DNA of 64,000 nt from Harriotta raleighana (lineage: Eukaryota): the NCBI GenBank assembly GCA_050575255.1, contig JBNZDD010013725.1:4685009-4749008 (forward strand), given 5' to 3'. Positions within the stretch are counted from its first letter, which is position 1. Every line of letters starts with the position of its first letter. The notes below the pieces were generated by a model. That model was given only the letters and a program-made list of their open reading frames with translations, was not told the origin of the DNA and searched no databases. A program made the translations under genes and the position numbers. Positions 1-12,925 of this stretch are shown here, piece after piece.

Positions 1-39
1 TAGTTAAGCAAATTTGACTCGTATACCAAATGCTGTGAT

Positions 40-335
40 TAACACCAGTCTAACCTCCCAACCATCAATGGCCGGACTTTCAGCCTCTCTGCCGCCACAC
101 TATGGAACTCCATCCCGCAGCACCTCCACCTTGCTTCCCTTTCCTCCTTCAAGGGAGGTGAAGGAGCCCCCCCTTCGGCTCCTCCCCTGACTCTTCCCCC
201 TCTCCCACTCTCCTTCCCCCTCCACCTACCCCCAACCGTCCCCCCCTGCTCGGGTCCCAACCTGACTGTTCAGTTCTTTGGGACGTCCTCCCGACGTGAA
301 AGGCTCTATACAAGTGTAATTTTGTTGTTGTTGTT
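40..335 (+). mobile_element. L2-clade LINE 3' end fragment
   Basis: ORF2 C-terminal remnant (gccacactatggaactcc..ttcaag), C-rich 3'UTR, terminal stem-loop gggacgtcctcccgacgtgaaaggc and (TTG)n tail. Confidence 0.8.
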
Positions 336-1322
336 CTGGGGATCCCTACTATGATATTGGGGGAGAAAACAATATTTAACAATATATTCCACGTGGTTAT
401 TTCTCAAATACATTTTCTCCTTGAAATAAGTCTCCCTTGTTCCATCACCCTCAAACTTCAGGTATCACAGCTAGATCTTGTGATACCTGCTGAATAGACC
501 TGCTTCCATCTCGTGGTGATAGATCTGCCATCCAGCCATGAACATCTTTCAGTGGGACAGTGTTTGAGTGGAGTAGATGGGTGGAGGCTGCTAATCTCTG
601 GATAGAAGTATTTCTTTGTAAGTTCCCTTAAGGACTATAGAAAAAATGTCTTGAAAGTTCACACATAGAATGCAGCAATCTGGCAATTTCTGGATGCTGA
701 GAAATATAAAGTTAATAAGAACGTACAAAATCTGCTAGACCAAAGAAGACCAAGGTCCCCATTCACCATCCCGGCAGACGCAGGCAGATGTTATGTCCCA
801 AACTATAAACTGTATCTCAACAAATTATTTCCTATTTTGCTTTTGATAGAATCAGACAATTTCTGCTTCTACTGTCTCCCCTTTTCCATACATTTACTAA
901 AAAAAAAACCCTAACAATTTGTCACTCAATCCATAATTGTTTATGGGACACTGCTGTGCACAATTGGTTACCGTGTTTTATCCGCAAAATGCGGTAATTT
1001 TACAACAAATTCTGCGAAAAACTTTGAGGTCTCAAAAACGTGATAAGGTGCTGTATCAAATTCAAAGATTATTATTTATTATTATTATCAAGTGTGGAAT
1101 TTCTCTCCAGAACATTTCCCAGCCCATCGTTCAGTTTGGCCACTGAGACCAGTTGACGAACAGGAATGGAATAAACACTTTTGCAGCACAGCATTCTCTC
1201 CTCTGTGTAATTTTATTTGGTTCTTTTTAACCCAATAACAACTCCGAGAGCATGAATGAAAAAGTCCAGCTAATCCGATTACCCTTATTCCACTGAGCCC
1301 AGGAAAAGCAATTTCTACTCAC

Positions 1323-1478
1323 TTTCCGATACGTTCTTCTGGCTGATCGAGTAGTTTGCTGAGAAGCCATCCCTGGCGATGGCAGTGTCGGTGTGTAATG
1401 TTAAAGACAGAATTCCTGTCAGCGACCGAATGTTCTCGGGTGCCTCCTGCCCACAGAAGCGGCCGATATGAAGACCAA
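1323..1478 (-). CDS. nrp1: Neuropilin-1 internal exon (equivalent to exon 5; end of CUB2/a2 domain)
   Basis: Translates VGLHIGRFCGQEAPENIRSLTGILSLTLHTDTAIARDGFSANYSISQKNVSE. Acceptor ttcctctgtttcag|TT, donor GAAA|gtgagt; 156 nt, phase 1-1. Confidence 0.96.
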
Positions 1479-1508
1479 CTGAAACAGAGGAATACATTCA
1501 TAGATAAA

Positions 1509-1853
1509 TCGAATCCAGCCAGGCAAAACTTTGGGCAAGTTTCCTTACTTAACACACCTAATAATAATCCCTATTAACCATGGGCATGTTTCTTTACTCA
1601 ACACACTTAATAATAATCCCTAATATCTAGCCCATTAAACCTGTCCAGTAAGGTACCAATAATCCCTCAAAAAAACACAATAAACAAATTGCTCATTTTA
1701 ATCCACGACTGTTTGTGGGCCACTGCTGTGCGCAATTGGCTGCCATGTTTCACCCACAAATATACAGTCAGTTCACTTTACAGTGTATTCTGTGAAGCAC
1801 TTTGAGATGTCTACAAAATGTGAAATGCGCTACATCAAATGCAAAGATTATTA
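1509..1853 (+). mobile_element. Young tRNA-derived SINE, 5'-truncated at the B box, with internal duplication and foreign insertion
   Basis: tcgaatcc B-box remnant; body ttgggcaagtttccttact..ccacgactgtttgtggg; L2-type tail atcaaatgcaaagattatt. Starts about 30 nt from the exon 5 acceptor. Confidence 0.85.
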
Positions 1854-3480
1854 GTACAGTACAGTATATTACAAGGAACGGCAGAACTGTGGAAAATTTA
1901 ATAATTAAATTAGGAACACACAGAATTGGGAAATTTTCAGATCAGTTTTAATTTGAAAGATGATTGTGAAACTGTCTTCAAAATTAATGACTGAATTTCA
2001 GAATCCTCCAGAATCCTGAGCAACCTTAAATTTGAAGAAACAATGGTATCACGGCTCGGACCATGTGGAATTTGGGTCCTCAGAGACTGACTGCTGGGAA
2101 CTGAAGCATAGTTCACGGGGGTTTAGAAGACGTGGAGGAAGTGATTTTAAAATGTTAGGGAAGTGGAAAGAGGAGAGGGAGGTGGTGGTGTAAATAGAAA
2201 GGAAGAACAAAGGATTAGAAACCTTGTGAAAACAAATATCTATTAACTAGGAGTAGCTGTTGCTTGTTTTTGAAGCTTCATACTGGATTGTATCCAGTCC
2301 AATAGGTAAGTGACAGGATTAAAAGTAACAACACACTGAAATTATGTTTGGAGCTGACAGCCAAACAGTGTAAAATTAGTTTTTCACCGAGGATGTTTTT
2401 TTCAATAATACACCAACTGAAACAGAAGAATACATGAACCAACAAACTGGAGGGAAATAAGTGACTCAGCTCCCATTTTCTTTTGTCTGCCTAAACGGAA
2501 ACCTCGTCAAAGATTTGCAGACAAGATAAATTATGTTTCATATTCAAAACATTATCTAGAGATTGAGACTTTCAGGTTTGTTCCAGCCGGTAAGATTACA
2601 AATCTACATGAAAATCGACACCGTCAGTGCAAATCACAAGGGCATTATAAAGCCCAGGAGACACAGCGTCACATCTGAATCCTGCCAAACAATAGCTCCC
2701 GGCCATTCAGATGCAGAGTTTGAGAAACAAAACACACATTTTGAGAACTCAGGTCATGTATTGTTTATTAAAATCCTTTGGAATGTCTTTTAAATTCCAA
2801 ATGTTGGTTCTGCTCTGTTTTCAGTATAAATGTGAGGATTATTTCCTTGTAACCCCGAAGAGTTTTAAAGTCAAGAGATTCAAACTGAAGCTTTGGAAGT
2901 CCCTCCCTCTATCCCACTCATGTCCTCTTTTAGACTTTTAGATTGGGACTGAAGATCTTCCAATTCCACCTTGCTTACGCCAGCTTAGTGTCGAGCTCCA
3001 TCACTGTTAAGTTCTCTGGGATGCTATCCTGTGTGAGGGGCACTATATAAATGTAAGTTATTGTTGGGATAAATCCTTAGCTTCTTGAGAAGCTTTTTTG
3101 AGACGTCTTCTCAATGCAAAAAGCACCATATTAAACGCAAAGAATATTATTATTGCAATGGGTTCCAGGTGGAATCTAACAGCTGAGATCACCTTCTTTG
3201 CACTAATAGCTTGAGATGTGCTGATATACTGGTAGTAGTAGAAATTCTAGTAATGTGGTTGTTCAACAAAAATAATTAAATTCTTTAAAGCACTGGTCTC
3301 TGTACTCTCCTAAATCTGTTGCTTTATCCTTATAAAATCAAATGGAAAATGTTATAAATGCTGTGATATTTACTAACTCAGGGTAATTATATTATAATAT
3401 CTTAATGATAGATAGGGTTCAACAGAGGTTGGCTTACTGTCCTACCAAACGTGGATTAACAAACAATGGGTATTTTAATC

Positions 3481-3614
3481 AAAACACAAAATACTACAGA
3501 TGCTGGGAATCTGAAACAAAAGCAGAAGTTGCTGGGCAAGCTCAGCAGGTCAGGCAGCATCCATGGAGAAAGGAAAGTGAGTCAATGTTTCGGGTCCACG
3601 ACCCTTCGTCAGAA
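3481..3614 (-). mobile_element. Penelope-like-derived short repeat containing a hammerhead ribozyme core
   Basis: aaatactacagatgctgggaatctgaaacaaaagcagaa..ctcagcaggtcaggcagcatc resembles a common chondrichthyan repeat. Minus strand reads CTGACGA-A-GGGTC-GTG-GACCC-GAAAC. Confidence 0.65.
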
Positions 3615-4080
3615 GAACGGGTAATATAATGTTTCTCTCAAGTAAGGGAAGGGTTCTTGTGTAAGAACCTATCCACACGCCAAGTAAAAGTCAGAAAGTA
3701 TTTATTTTAACTCGGCTTTTGTTATACAAATCCTGATTGAGCAACCACCACAAAGGGGCATTCTCCTGGTTCTGCCGATATGTAATGACTCCTGATAATA
3801 GCCGGGTGTGTGTTTCCTTGATCTGCAGGGACTCTGCCTCATCCCTGCATTCATAACATCCAAGGTTTAAAACTATGAAAACTCCCTCCTGAAAGGCGCT
3901 TTATAAATGTAATTGTGTTGTTGTATATCCGAGTGTGTGGGAGCAGTGTTCCCACAAGTTAGCATGATGCAGTTCCAGTTACCATCACTCCATCAGTATT
4001 TGTGTCAGGGGGATGCTATCACACCAAATCCAGGTGGAGAATCCAGCAGTTCGCACTTTTATAGACTCAACTTCAGCATG

Positions 4081-4318
4081 TGTCAACCTGGCTCAGTCAG
4101 TAGCACAGTGACCTCTGAAGTCAGAGGCTTGTGAGTTCAAGACTTTGTCAGAGGCCCTGGCCTTTGGATGAGATGATAAACAGGGATCCAGTCTCCTTGT
4201 ACAGGTGGATGTCAAAGATCTCGTGGCTCTATTGAAGAGAAGGGAGTTTCTCCCTGTGTTCTGGTTAACAATTCCCGGATAAAATCAGTCATTCACTTCA
4301 TGACAGTTTGTGGGACAT
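4081..4318 (+). mobile_element. Old Deu-domain tRNA SINE
   Basis: A box tggctcagtcag, B-box-like gagttcaag, Deu-like core caggtggatgtcaaagatctcgtggctctattgaagagaagggag. Confidence 0.75.
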
Positions 4319-4539
4319 TATTATTATGAAGCACTCTGGGCCGCTACACTGTGTGAGGGCCGCTATATGGATGCTATTACAGTATTAGTTTACTTTGTGT
4401 CTCACTGAGTCCACTGGGAATATTACTGGGTTTAATATTCAGCATTTTCTAACACGATTCGCTTAATAAGGAAACTGGAGATACCTCACACGCTGACTCG
4501 TTTCCTTACCCCACATGCTTGATAACAATCCCTCAAAGA

Positions 4540-4826
4540 GTGGACTCCTGTAGCTCAGTGGTTAGACCACTTGCCTTGCCGGCAGGGCCAAACCTTGGGT
4601 AAGTTTCCTTTCTCCACATGCCTAATAATAATCCCTCAAAAAATCCCAATAATAAATCGGTCATTTCAATCTACTTCTGTTTGTGGGACACTGCTGTGCG
4701 CAATTGGCTGCCACACTTCGCCCACATATATAGTCAATTCACTTTACAGTATATTCTGTGACCTGCTTTGAGACATGTAGAAGATGTGAAAAGCGCTACA
4801 TCAAATGCAAGGATTACTACTATTAC
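4540..4826 (+). mobile_element. Young tRNA-derived SINE (B-box region deleted)
   Basis: tgtagctcagtggttaga head, conserved body, tail gtgaaaagcgctacatcaaatgcaaggattacta. Confidence 0.9.
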
Positions 4827-6174
4827 CCCATAAGGCACTTTGAGGTAAATCCTGGACATTAAATGTTATGACAGTACTTTTACGGCTAGAACGAATAAAA
4901 TGGAACAACCTCCAGAGGGAGAAATGCATGTTTCTGCAGCAAGTGTTGTCTTGCCTTTGTCACCGTACCACCGTATAGCACAGTGTCAAACTGAGATTTC
5001 AAACGGAAGTATTCCAGCCTGTGAAATGGAGCAGGCATTGAATTGAACACCAGCAGAAGCCCGTTTTGAGAACTGCCAGACTAAGCAGTAAGCATTTACT
5101 TCAGGCATTATCGTACACTCGAGGCTACAGAGGCAGCCTGCAGGGAAATCCTACACTATTGCTCGCAGAATCTAAGTAGTAACTATTTGGTTTTATTACA
5201 CTCTTGGGCTTCGTTTGACAAGATTTCATCTGGCAATCAGCAGCCCAGGCCGGCTGTAACTTTTATTGAAAGGCTACATGTACGCAGGGCTGAAGGACAT
5301 TGCCTTCGACTTAATATTTCTGTTTCGCTTTTAGAGTATTGAAGTCCTTTTGGTTTGCTTTGGCCTTTGATCAGAGACTTCTTAGTGCAGTACTAGTTCA
5401 TTTGAATCCCATGTTCGGTTTCTCTGACAATTATATTCCCAAATGTGGCTGCAATCTTACAAGATATGTAAAACCCACAATAAACACACAGCAGCTATAT
5501 TGAACCCATTCAACATTGCACCTTTACATACTCTGGCTTGCTCACTCCTGGGAGAATTGCAAAGGGCCAGACTGTTTTCAATCTAAACCCTTGGAATTTT
5601 TGCACGTTCTAGGTTAAAGCACATGTATTCATAATTTACGAGGACTGTGGCATCTGTTTACCACCATCACCACAACAACGTTTACTTATAAAGTGCTTTC
5701 CGTATAGAATCAGCATTTTAAAACAAATGCGATAGGGACACCGAGCAGAGGGAATGAAAGGACAATGAAGGATGCTGAATAAAAATGTGGTCCGAAAATA
5801 AGTTTTGGGAGGATTTTGAACACGGAAAGAGAGAGTGAGCTTGTAAGAGAGTTTTTGGATAGGAATACAAATTAATTCAAGGGTAGACTTTGAGAGCTTT
5901 AAATTGTTCTCCCAACGTTGAAATACAGTATATAAATGTAAATTTCAATGTAATAATACTGAATTGTAAAAAATTAGTCATTCTTTTCATGGCTATTTGT
6001 GGGTCACTGCTATGTGAATGTTTGCCACTGTCGTTTGCATACAAAGTAATCACTACACTTTACATTTTATCCTGTGAAGATATGAAGCTTTGAGGCTTTC
6101 TCCCTACGTGAAAGGTGTTATATAAATGTATTTGCAGCAATACAGTGCCTTATCAGTATCACCTTATCTGTGAA

Positions 6175-6342
6175 AAAAAAACAGAAATTGCTAGGAACAC
6201 TCAGCAGGTCATGGGAAATTTATGGAGAAAGGAAAAGTGAGATTGGGTCCACGATCCTTTGTATGACCTGAGCTGCTGAGTGTTCCCAGCGATTTTTGTT
6301 TTTGTTTCAGATTTCCAGCCTCTGCAGTATTTTGCGTTTTTG
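6175..6342. mobile_element. Penelope-like-derived palindromic repeat
   Basis: Inverted arms acagaaattgctaggaacactcagcag / ctgctgagtgttcccagcgatttttgt; same family as 3481-3614. Confidence 0.65.
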
Positions 6343-7979
6343 TCATCTTATCCATAGTTAGATTGTATTTAGAAAGTATACATTAAGTGTCAAAGTCCAC
6401 ATCATTGTCCCATGTAGAGGCAATCTTGGATTAGGTCATTATCGTGCCATCATTTCTTCTCCAATTTACTCCCCGACAAGTCTCCTAGGGCAAGACTAGT
6501 TGTTACAAGTCACCAACCACGATACTGGTGGGTTATGCATGAAAAAATAATAAATTGGTCACTTCAATCTCCGACTGCTTGTGGGATGCTGTTTTGTGCA
6601 ATTGGCTACCGCATTTCGCCCACCAAATATAAAATCAATTGACTTTACAGTATAATCTGTGAAACGCTTTGGGGCATTTTGATGATGTGATAAGGCGCTA
6701 TTAAATGCAAGGATTATTATTATAACAGTGTAATCCAGATCCTGATAGCACGAGCTGATGGGGACAGCTACTCCTCACATTGTGGTGTGATCAACCCAGG
6801 ATGTCCTGCTAATCAATTGTATGAGTGCCCTAAATGGGTGTGGGAAAGACATTTCTTTAAGTGTTAACAACCATTGTAATTGTCAACAAGGCACCTTCAA
6901 TGAAGGACTTTGAGGGAGCACACTGAACCCGACAGACTTTGAATCCAACCGTGGAGTGCAAAACTGTTAGATGCAATTGTTAAAGCATAGCACTGCGAAA
7001 GCCAATTTTCCAACAATGAATAGTTTTAAAACATATCATAAATAGTACATAATATAAAATATTATATTTGATGATATTATTTTAATAGATTATCCTAGAT
7101 AATTTAATAGATTATCCTAAAGAGGAAACTAACAACAACAACAAAATCACATTTGTATAGCGCCTTTCAACACAAGTAGAATAGCAAAATGGGACACTAG
7201 CTTCTATCTATTGAGATGAGACAGTTTCAGTTTCTGTCTCATCTCAATATCTTCCCAGTGAAATCCTATTTGCTGCGAAACACATTAAAATGAAGTAGAT
7301 TTAATCAGTTTCCTTTAGCTGGAAGCTAAAATGAATATTTAAATATAATATATCATATTTGCCTCCTGTGTATTTTGGAAAATATCCCTGTAAACTTTTT
7401 CCAACTTTCATTCTTTCATTAACCCGTGGGCTCTGTTTTCAGTTTGCCGGGTAATATTTAACTAGTGACGATTAGTTAAGTGCATATTCAGACTAAGAAG
7501 ATGTGTGCATGGTGCATATTATGGAATCATTATTAATCATTTTTATTATTTATTCTTATTATTATTAGAAGAATAATAATGAATAATAATAATAATAATC
7601 CTTTGCATTTGATAAAGCAACTTATAGCTTTGAGACACTTCAAAGTGATTCACAGAATGCACTATAAATTGTAGGGACTGTGTATTTTGTGAGTGAAACT
7701 TACATTTATATAGTGCCCTTCATGCTGGATGGCATCTCGGAGCGCCAAACTGTGGTGGAGCCCGAGGCCAAGTCAGGGAAGGGGGAAAAAATGCACAAGA
7801 ACAAATTGAAAGTTTACTTTACCATTAGAGATTAAGTCATTTTCTACCCAGCTGAAATGTTGTGCTTAAAGTTTGATTTTGTACCTATTGATACATTAGC
7901 ATCATGCCTGTTGCTACCTACCTTTTTGCAGTGTCAAGCCATTTTTCCTGTATGGAGTGAGATGGATGAGTGGGAAAAA

Positions 7980-8405
7980 ATTCCTTGTATCTGATTTAAC
8001 GTCTTTCACATCAGGAGTATGTCTCAAAGCATTTCACAGGATTTATTAAATAGTCTGGTCACTATGTATTTTGTAGGCAGCTAATTTTCATGCAAACAGC
8101 AATGTCCCACAAACAGCTATGAGTGAATACCCGATTTTATCTGGGAGACTATCAGCCAGGACACCAGGAGAAGCTCCTTGCTCCCTTGCTAGATGGCAAG
8201 CGATCTTTAACGTCCACCTGAACGGAGAGACTTTGGTTTTACATCTCACTTAAATGATGGCACCTCCAACAATGAAGCGCAACAACTGAACTGCAATGGA
8301 ATGCCATCTTAAGACTTGTAAATTCAAAGTCTCAACATGGGGTTTGAACCCATAACCTTCTGATTCAGAAGCAAAAATTCTACTATCTGAGCCAGGCTGA
8401 CACCT
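7980..8405 (-). mobile_element. Old Deu-domain SINE, near full length
   Basis: Reverse-complement core gccaggacaccaggag..gatctttaacgtccacctgaac; head ttgaaccc..ctgagccaggctgacac. Confidence 0.8.
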
Positions 8406-10377
8406 AGTTAAATGCCTCCCAATCGACTGCTCCCAACAGCCACCCTGGCAAATCACTCACATCCTATAGTCAGTTGAAAGGCGATACAGTGAACAAAGCA
8501 AAGTGCATCCATATGGATAGGAAACACAAGGGAGTCAGAAACTTCAGGTCCAGAACTGCAATGGGTCACTGCAGTATGCCTATCTATACAGGCAATCCCT
8601 CTGTTGTGAGTGTGGCTTGAGTCCTGGTCCATGTGGCAAGCCTGGTTTTAATTCCTACATGTGTTGAGCAATATGCCATGCATTACCAGGTTAACAGACT
8701 GCAAATCAGAAGTGACAGATCTACCGACTGTCAGACATGGCGTGGTGTTAATCCAAGACACCAGTTCTGTTTGCTGCTCATGTGTCCCAGAACTCCTCAG
8801 GGGGTCCCATATATCAGTCGCACAAAGACCATAAATAAGGAACTGACTATAAATGACGTGGCTTTGAACCTACTACTGAGGAGGCTGCCCTCTGCAATAA
8901 GTGTCAGTATAATAATGCTTACGCAATGATGTAAATCCCAGAATGTGTTCTGGACCAGGACCTGATTATAAAAGATACAATTTGGCTTTTACTGCAGTGC
9001 CCAGGAAGTTGTGACCTGGTAAAATAGAAGGGAAAAATCTACAAATTTGTTCCAAATGCCCTTTATAGGGACATTCAGGGATCAGAGTTAGACATTGTGA
9101 CTGCCTTTAACTACCACTGAATCCTGCCGACTATACAGGACCTGGTAGAATGGACCTGTACACAGCATATTTTGCACGAGCATTGCTACAGAGGCGATAA
9201 AACCTAGTTTCTCTGCTGTTAAAATAACGATTGGGTAAACGTGTGCCATCTAGATTGTACACACAAGTTTTATTTGCAACAATCTGTTCACATAAAAAGC
9301 AACACTAAAACCCAGGCTCTTCAGGCATACTTACAAGCCCTGTATAAACGTGCACTCTTTTGTTCATTTTCAAACTGAACTCAATGCACAAATACTGAAT
9401 GTCAACGACTACTCTAAAGTAATTTGGGATTTTATCTCTCAGCCTTAATTCTGACTCAATAGGTTCCGAATACCATACCTTCCTAAGAAATATCCTGTCA
9501 ATAATCCCCTCGATAAAAGCAGTTATTCACTTCATTTCAGTTTATGGTATATTTCTGTGAGTAAATTGATTATCATGTTTGCTTGAAAATACAGTCAATG
9601 CATTTCACAGTAAAATCGTGTGAAGCATCTTGAGAAATTTCAACAATGTGTTATGTTATATCAAAATGGAAGGATTCTTATTTTTACAATAATAATCCTT
9701 GCATTTGATATCATGCCTTATAATTTCATTGAGACATCTCAAAACGCTTATTATCACTAGCATTCTTTTATACCAAATGTTCTCCCTCCTCTCCCTCTAT
9801 GGGGAAACTGTAAATTAGCCCATAACCACATCAGAGGGAGCGATGGCTCGGACAGAATCAGCCTCCTTCTCTATGGCAAATTCCTGCTTCTATGTTTAGC
9901 TGTCTGAACGTCCACACATCTACTATCAGATTAAAATGTAATCATCAAAGTATTTTAAGAGAAATAAAGTCTAGACAAAGAGCAAGGAATACAATATAGA
10001 GCTCCAGTGGAGGAGCTGGCATTAGCAAATGCTCGATTGGCTAAACAACCACCTTCTGCGTTGCAAATTCCATGATCCTTTATGATTGTAGGTTAAATTG
10101 TTACAGGTTATAAATGAGCAAATTAGGCACTTGAACATCAAAAAATAAAATTGCACAATTCCATGTTTTCTTCCACTGCTCCAATAACTCTTATTATTGA
10201 AGACTAAAACGATGAATATACAGTAAATTAATTTACAAATAAAATAATGCAATTCAAATTCAGCTCCTTGGGTACGTCCTTCCGACGTAAAAGGTGTTCT
10301 ATAAAAGTAATTTTGTTGTTTTTGTAGCTAGGAATGAATGATTGATCAAGGTAATTCTGCCACAAATAATAATAATA

Positions 10378-10640
10378 ATTCACTACATAGATGCACAAGA
10401 GACGTGAAGTAATAATAATAATCCTTGCGTTAGATATAGCACTTTTCACGTCTTCTAGACGTCTCAAAGCACTTCACAGAATCTACTGTGAAGTGAATTT
10501 GACTATATTTGTGGGCGAAACGTAGCAGGCAATTGCGCACAGCTGTGTCCCACAAACAGCCGTGGATTGAAATGACCAATTCATTATTGTTGTTTTTTCT
10601 TGAAGGATTATTATCTGGCATGTGAAGTAAGGAAACTTGT
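10378..10640 (-). mobile_element. Young SINE (5'-truncated) with 31-nt 3' extension
   Basis: aataatccttgcgttagatatagcacttttcacgtcttctagacgtctc..gtaaggaaacttg; extension shared with the copy at 43229-43734. Confidence 0.85.
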
Positions 10641-11304
10641 TTTTAAAAAAAAGCAGAGGGAAGTTAGCACAAGACACATGGACGTGGGAGCCGATGGAGC
10701 AGATAAGAGACCCCTGTGCACATTATCTTCTCAATCAGCAATCTCATCACATAGAACAATTGTAATTAATAATGACTGGAGAGAGTAATTATAATGCAAA
10801 AATGATTACTGATGAGTCTCAGAATGTTGCCCCTGGTCCTTTGCATGTCTCCAATATTAAACGCTTTTCCAATATACATTTGGCTAAACTTCAAGTATGC
10901 TGAGAAAACAGCCCCATTTAACCTTGAAAGGCTGGAGTGGTGTTTAACTTTGTTAAAACTTGCAAACCTTTTCATTACAATGACATGAATAGACTTTTAA
11001 AACTCCTATGGTTACAAAGAATACATATGCATTCACAGATTGTTAAACTGAGGTCCTGGGTTGAGATAGAAGAGATAATCTCTCAGATAAAATTGGTCAT
11101 TCATTTTATAGTTGTTATAGAGGACTTTGGCAAATTAATCGCCTGATTTGCCTACAAAATACCCAAACATTACACTTTACAGTAAAGCTTGTGAGATGCT
11201 TTGAGATATCCTCCTGAAAGGTGCTACTGTATATCAAATGGAAGGTTTATTATTAAATGGAATATGGTTCTGTCATGCGCCCGTATCTCAACTAAGAGCT
11301 ATTA

Positions 11305-11430
11305 TAGCAGGTTTAGAGTCGCAAAAGGCAATTTCAGAACAGATACCAGGAAGATTTTCTTTGATCTGAATGTAATTAACTACTGGAACAAGTTGCCAGG
11401 AAGGGTAGTTGTGGTCAGGACACTTAACTC
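11305..11430 (+). mobile_element. CR1 LINE ORF2 C-terminal fragment
   Basis: Translates FRTDTRKIFFDLNVINYWNKLPGRVV, matching the CR1 motif R..FF..RV...WN.LP..VV. Confidence 0.75.
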
Positions 11431-12577
11431 AATTATATCTATATCTTACAATGATAGTATAAAGCACCAGCTTAGTGTTGTCACATTGTTACCCATATCT
11501 ATTATTGAATGCTTTTCTTAAATGTAATGCAATAATCAATCTGGCACTTATATAGATACAGCAGTTTAAAGCGCAGAAGGAGGCCATTTAATTAATCGTG
11601 TCTGCTGGAACTACTTTGTCTAATATCATTCCCTATTCTTTCTCCCTAACAGCCTTTAAAATATTTTGTTCTCAATTATTTATCTAAATCTCTTTTAATG
11701 CTATTGTGGGCTACAATTATTTGTAACATGGCATGCCACATTCTAGTAAACCTCTGCATGAAACAGATCTTCTGATATCCTTTATCTTTAAAAGAAATGA
11801 TAATTTAAGAATATTTTGATAATATTTTGTGTTTCCCTTATACGCAGGGATTGTAGAGCCTGTGAGTTCTGTCCACTGTGTCAGATCTTAAGTCAGACCA
11901 GCCTCATAATCTTGCAACCTTGCAATGAAGCGAAACACATTCATGCCATGGGAGCAAGTCCATGAAATAAAAAGAGCTACAACCACAAGAATTGCTGAAA
12001 TATTGTATTAGGAAGGTAGCAGTAAAAATGTGTTTTTTTTAAGCAAGGAATCTCCTCATTACATTGGAAGATTGGAGCCTTTGGTGTCTGCTAGTATAAT
12101 GAAGCTTGTGTTATAATGAGGACTTCCATTAGTGATCCCCGTGGGACTGGAAGTCTGAGTTAATGTCTCCAAATGCACAGGAAGCAAAATTGTACTTGCC
12201 CGACCAGGTCAGTCAAAAAACAGAAAGCACCTCAGCCCACTGTGTATTCTTTCTGCAGGGTTTGATACAATCATTGTAACATACAATGTGATTTGGTTTT
12301 ACTTGTTCGTTGTGAAACTGCTGGACTATTAATTGAAGGCATTGCATTGCAATAGTGTTATCACACTGTTACCTATAACTGTTATTGAACAAGCTTCTTA
12401 GATGTAATTCAATAACCAGTTTGCTCACAATAAGTACAGTCAATGAACTTTACAGTACATCTTGTTTTAGGACATTCTCCTGATATGCAAGGCACTATAC
12501 CAAATGCAAGGATTATTTTGTAGTAATGGCCTCCCGATGTGAAAGGCGCTCTAGAAATGTAATTTTGTTGTTGTTGC

Positions 12578-12925
12578 GTGTGTGCTGAGTTAACTGATCT
12601 TAGCTAAAGCAGAAGGTGCAGGAGGCTCCAGTCTCTAGGCTTCGGAAAGGAAAAATTAACCAAGGTCCCAGTCCTAATAACTGGCTGTCTATCGATCCAT
12701 TGACCTCCCTCTGTAAAGAGCATGAGTTTGTGGATGTGGGATAAGAACAGAATTGTTTTTTGGCTCTTCCCCTCCACTCGAGCTGAATAGCCTGCTGACA
12801 TTCACTCCCCAACCTTATCACATGAACCATTTGAGTGAGGTGCCGGAAGGCTGCCAGCGCCCGTGTAACGAAGCCAGGCAAGACTGAGAGCCTCCAGGGG
12901 AGGGGGAAGGTGAGAAAATTGGCAA
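12578..12925 (+). mobile_element. Ancient SINE-like repeat; a second, interrupted copy at about 39190-39250 plus 39730-39990
   Basis: gtgtgctgagttaactgatct..ggaaaaattaaccaagg..gtggatgtggg..gaatagcctgctgacattcact. Diverged similarity between the two loci, and to a shark repeat recalled from memory. Confidence 0.5.

Noticed and set aside
12596-12615. tgatcttagctaaagcagaag resembling the reverse complement of the U2 snRNA 5' end
   Set aside because: Short, gapped match embedded in an old SINE-like repeat.
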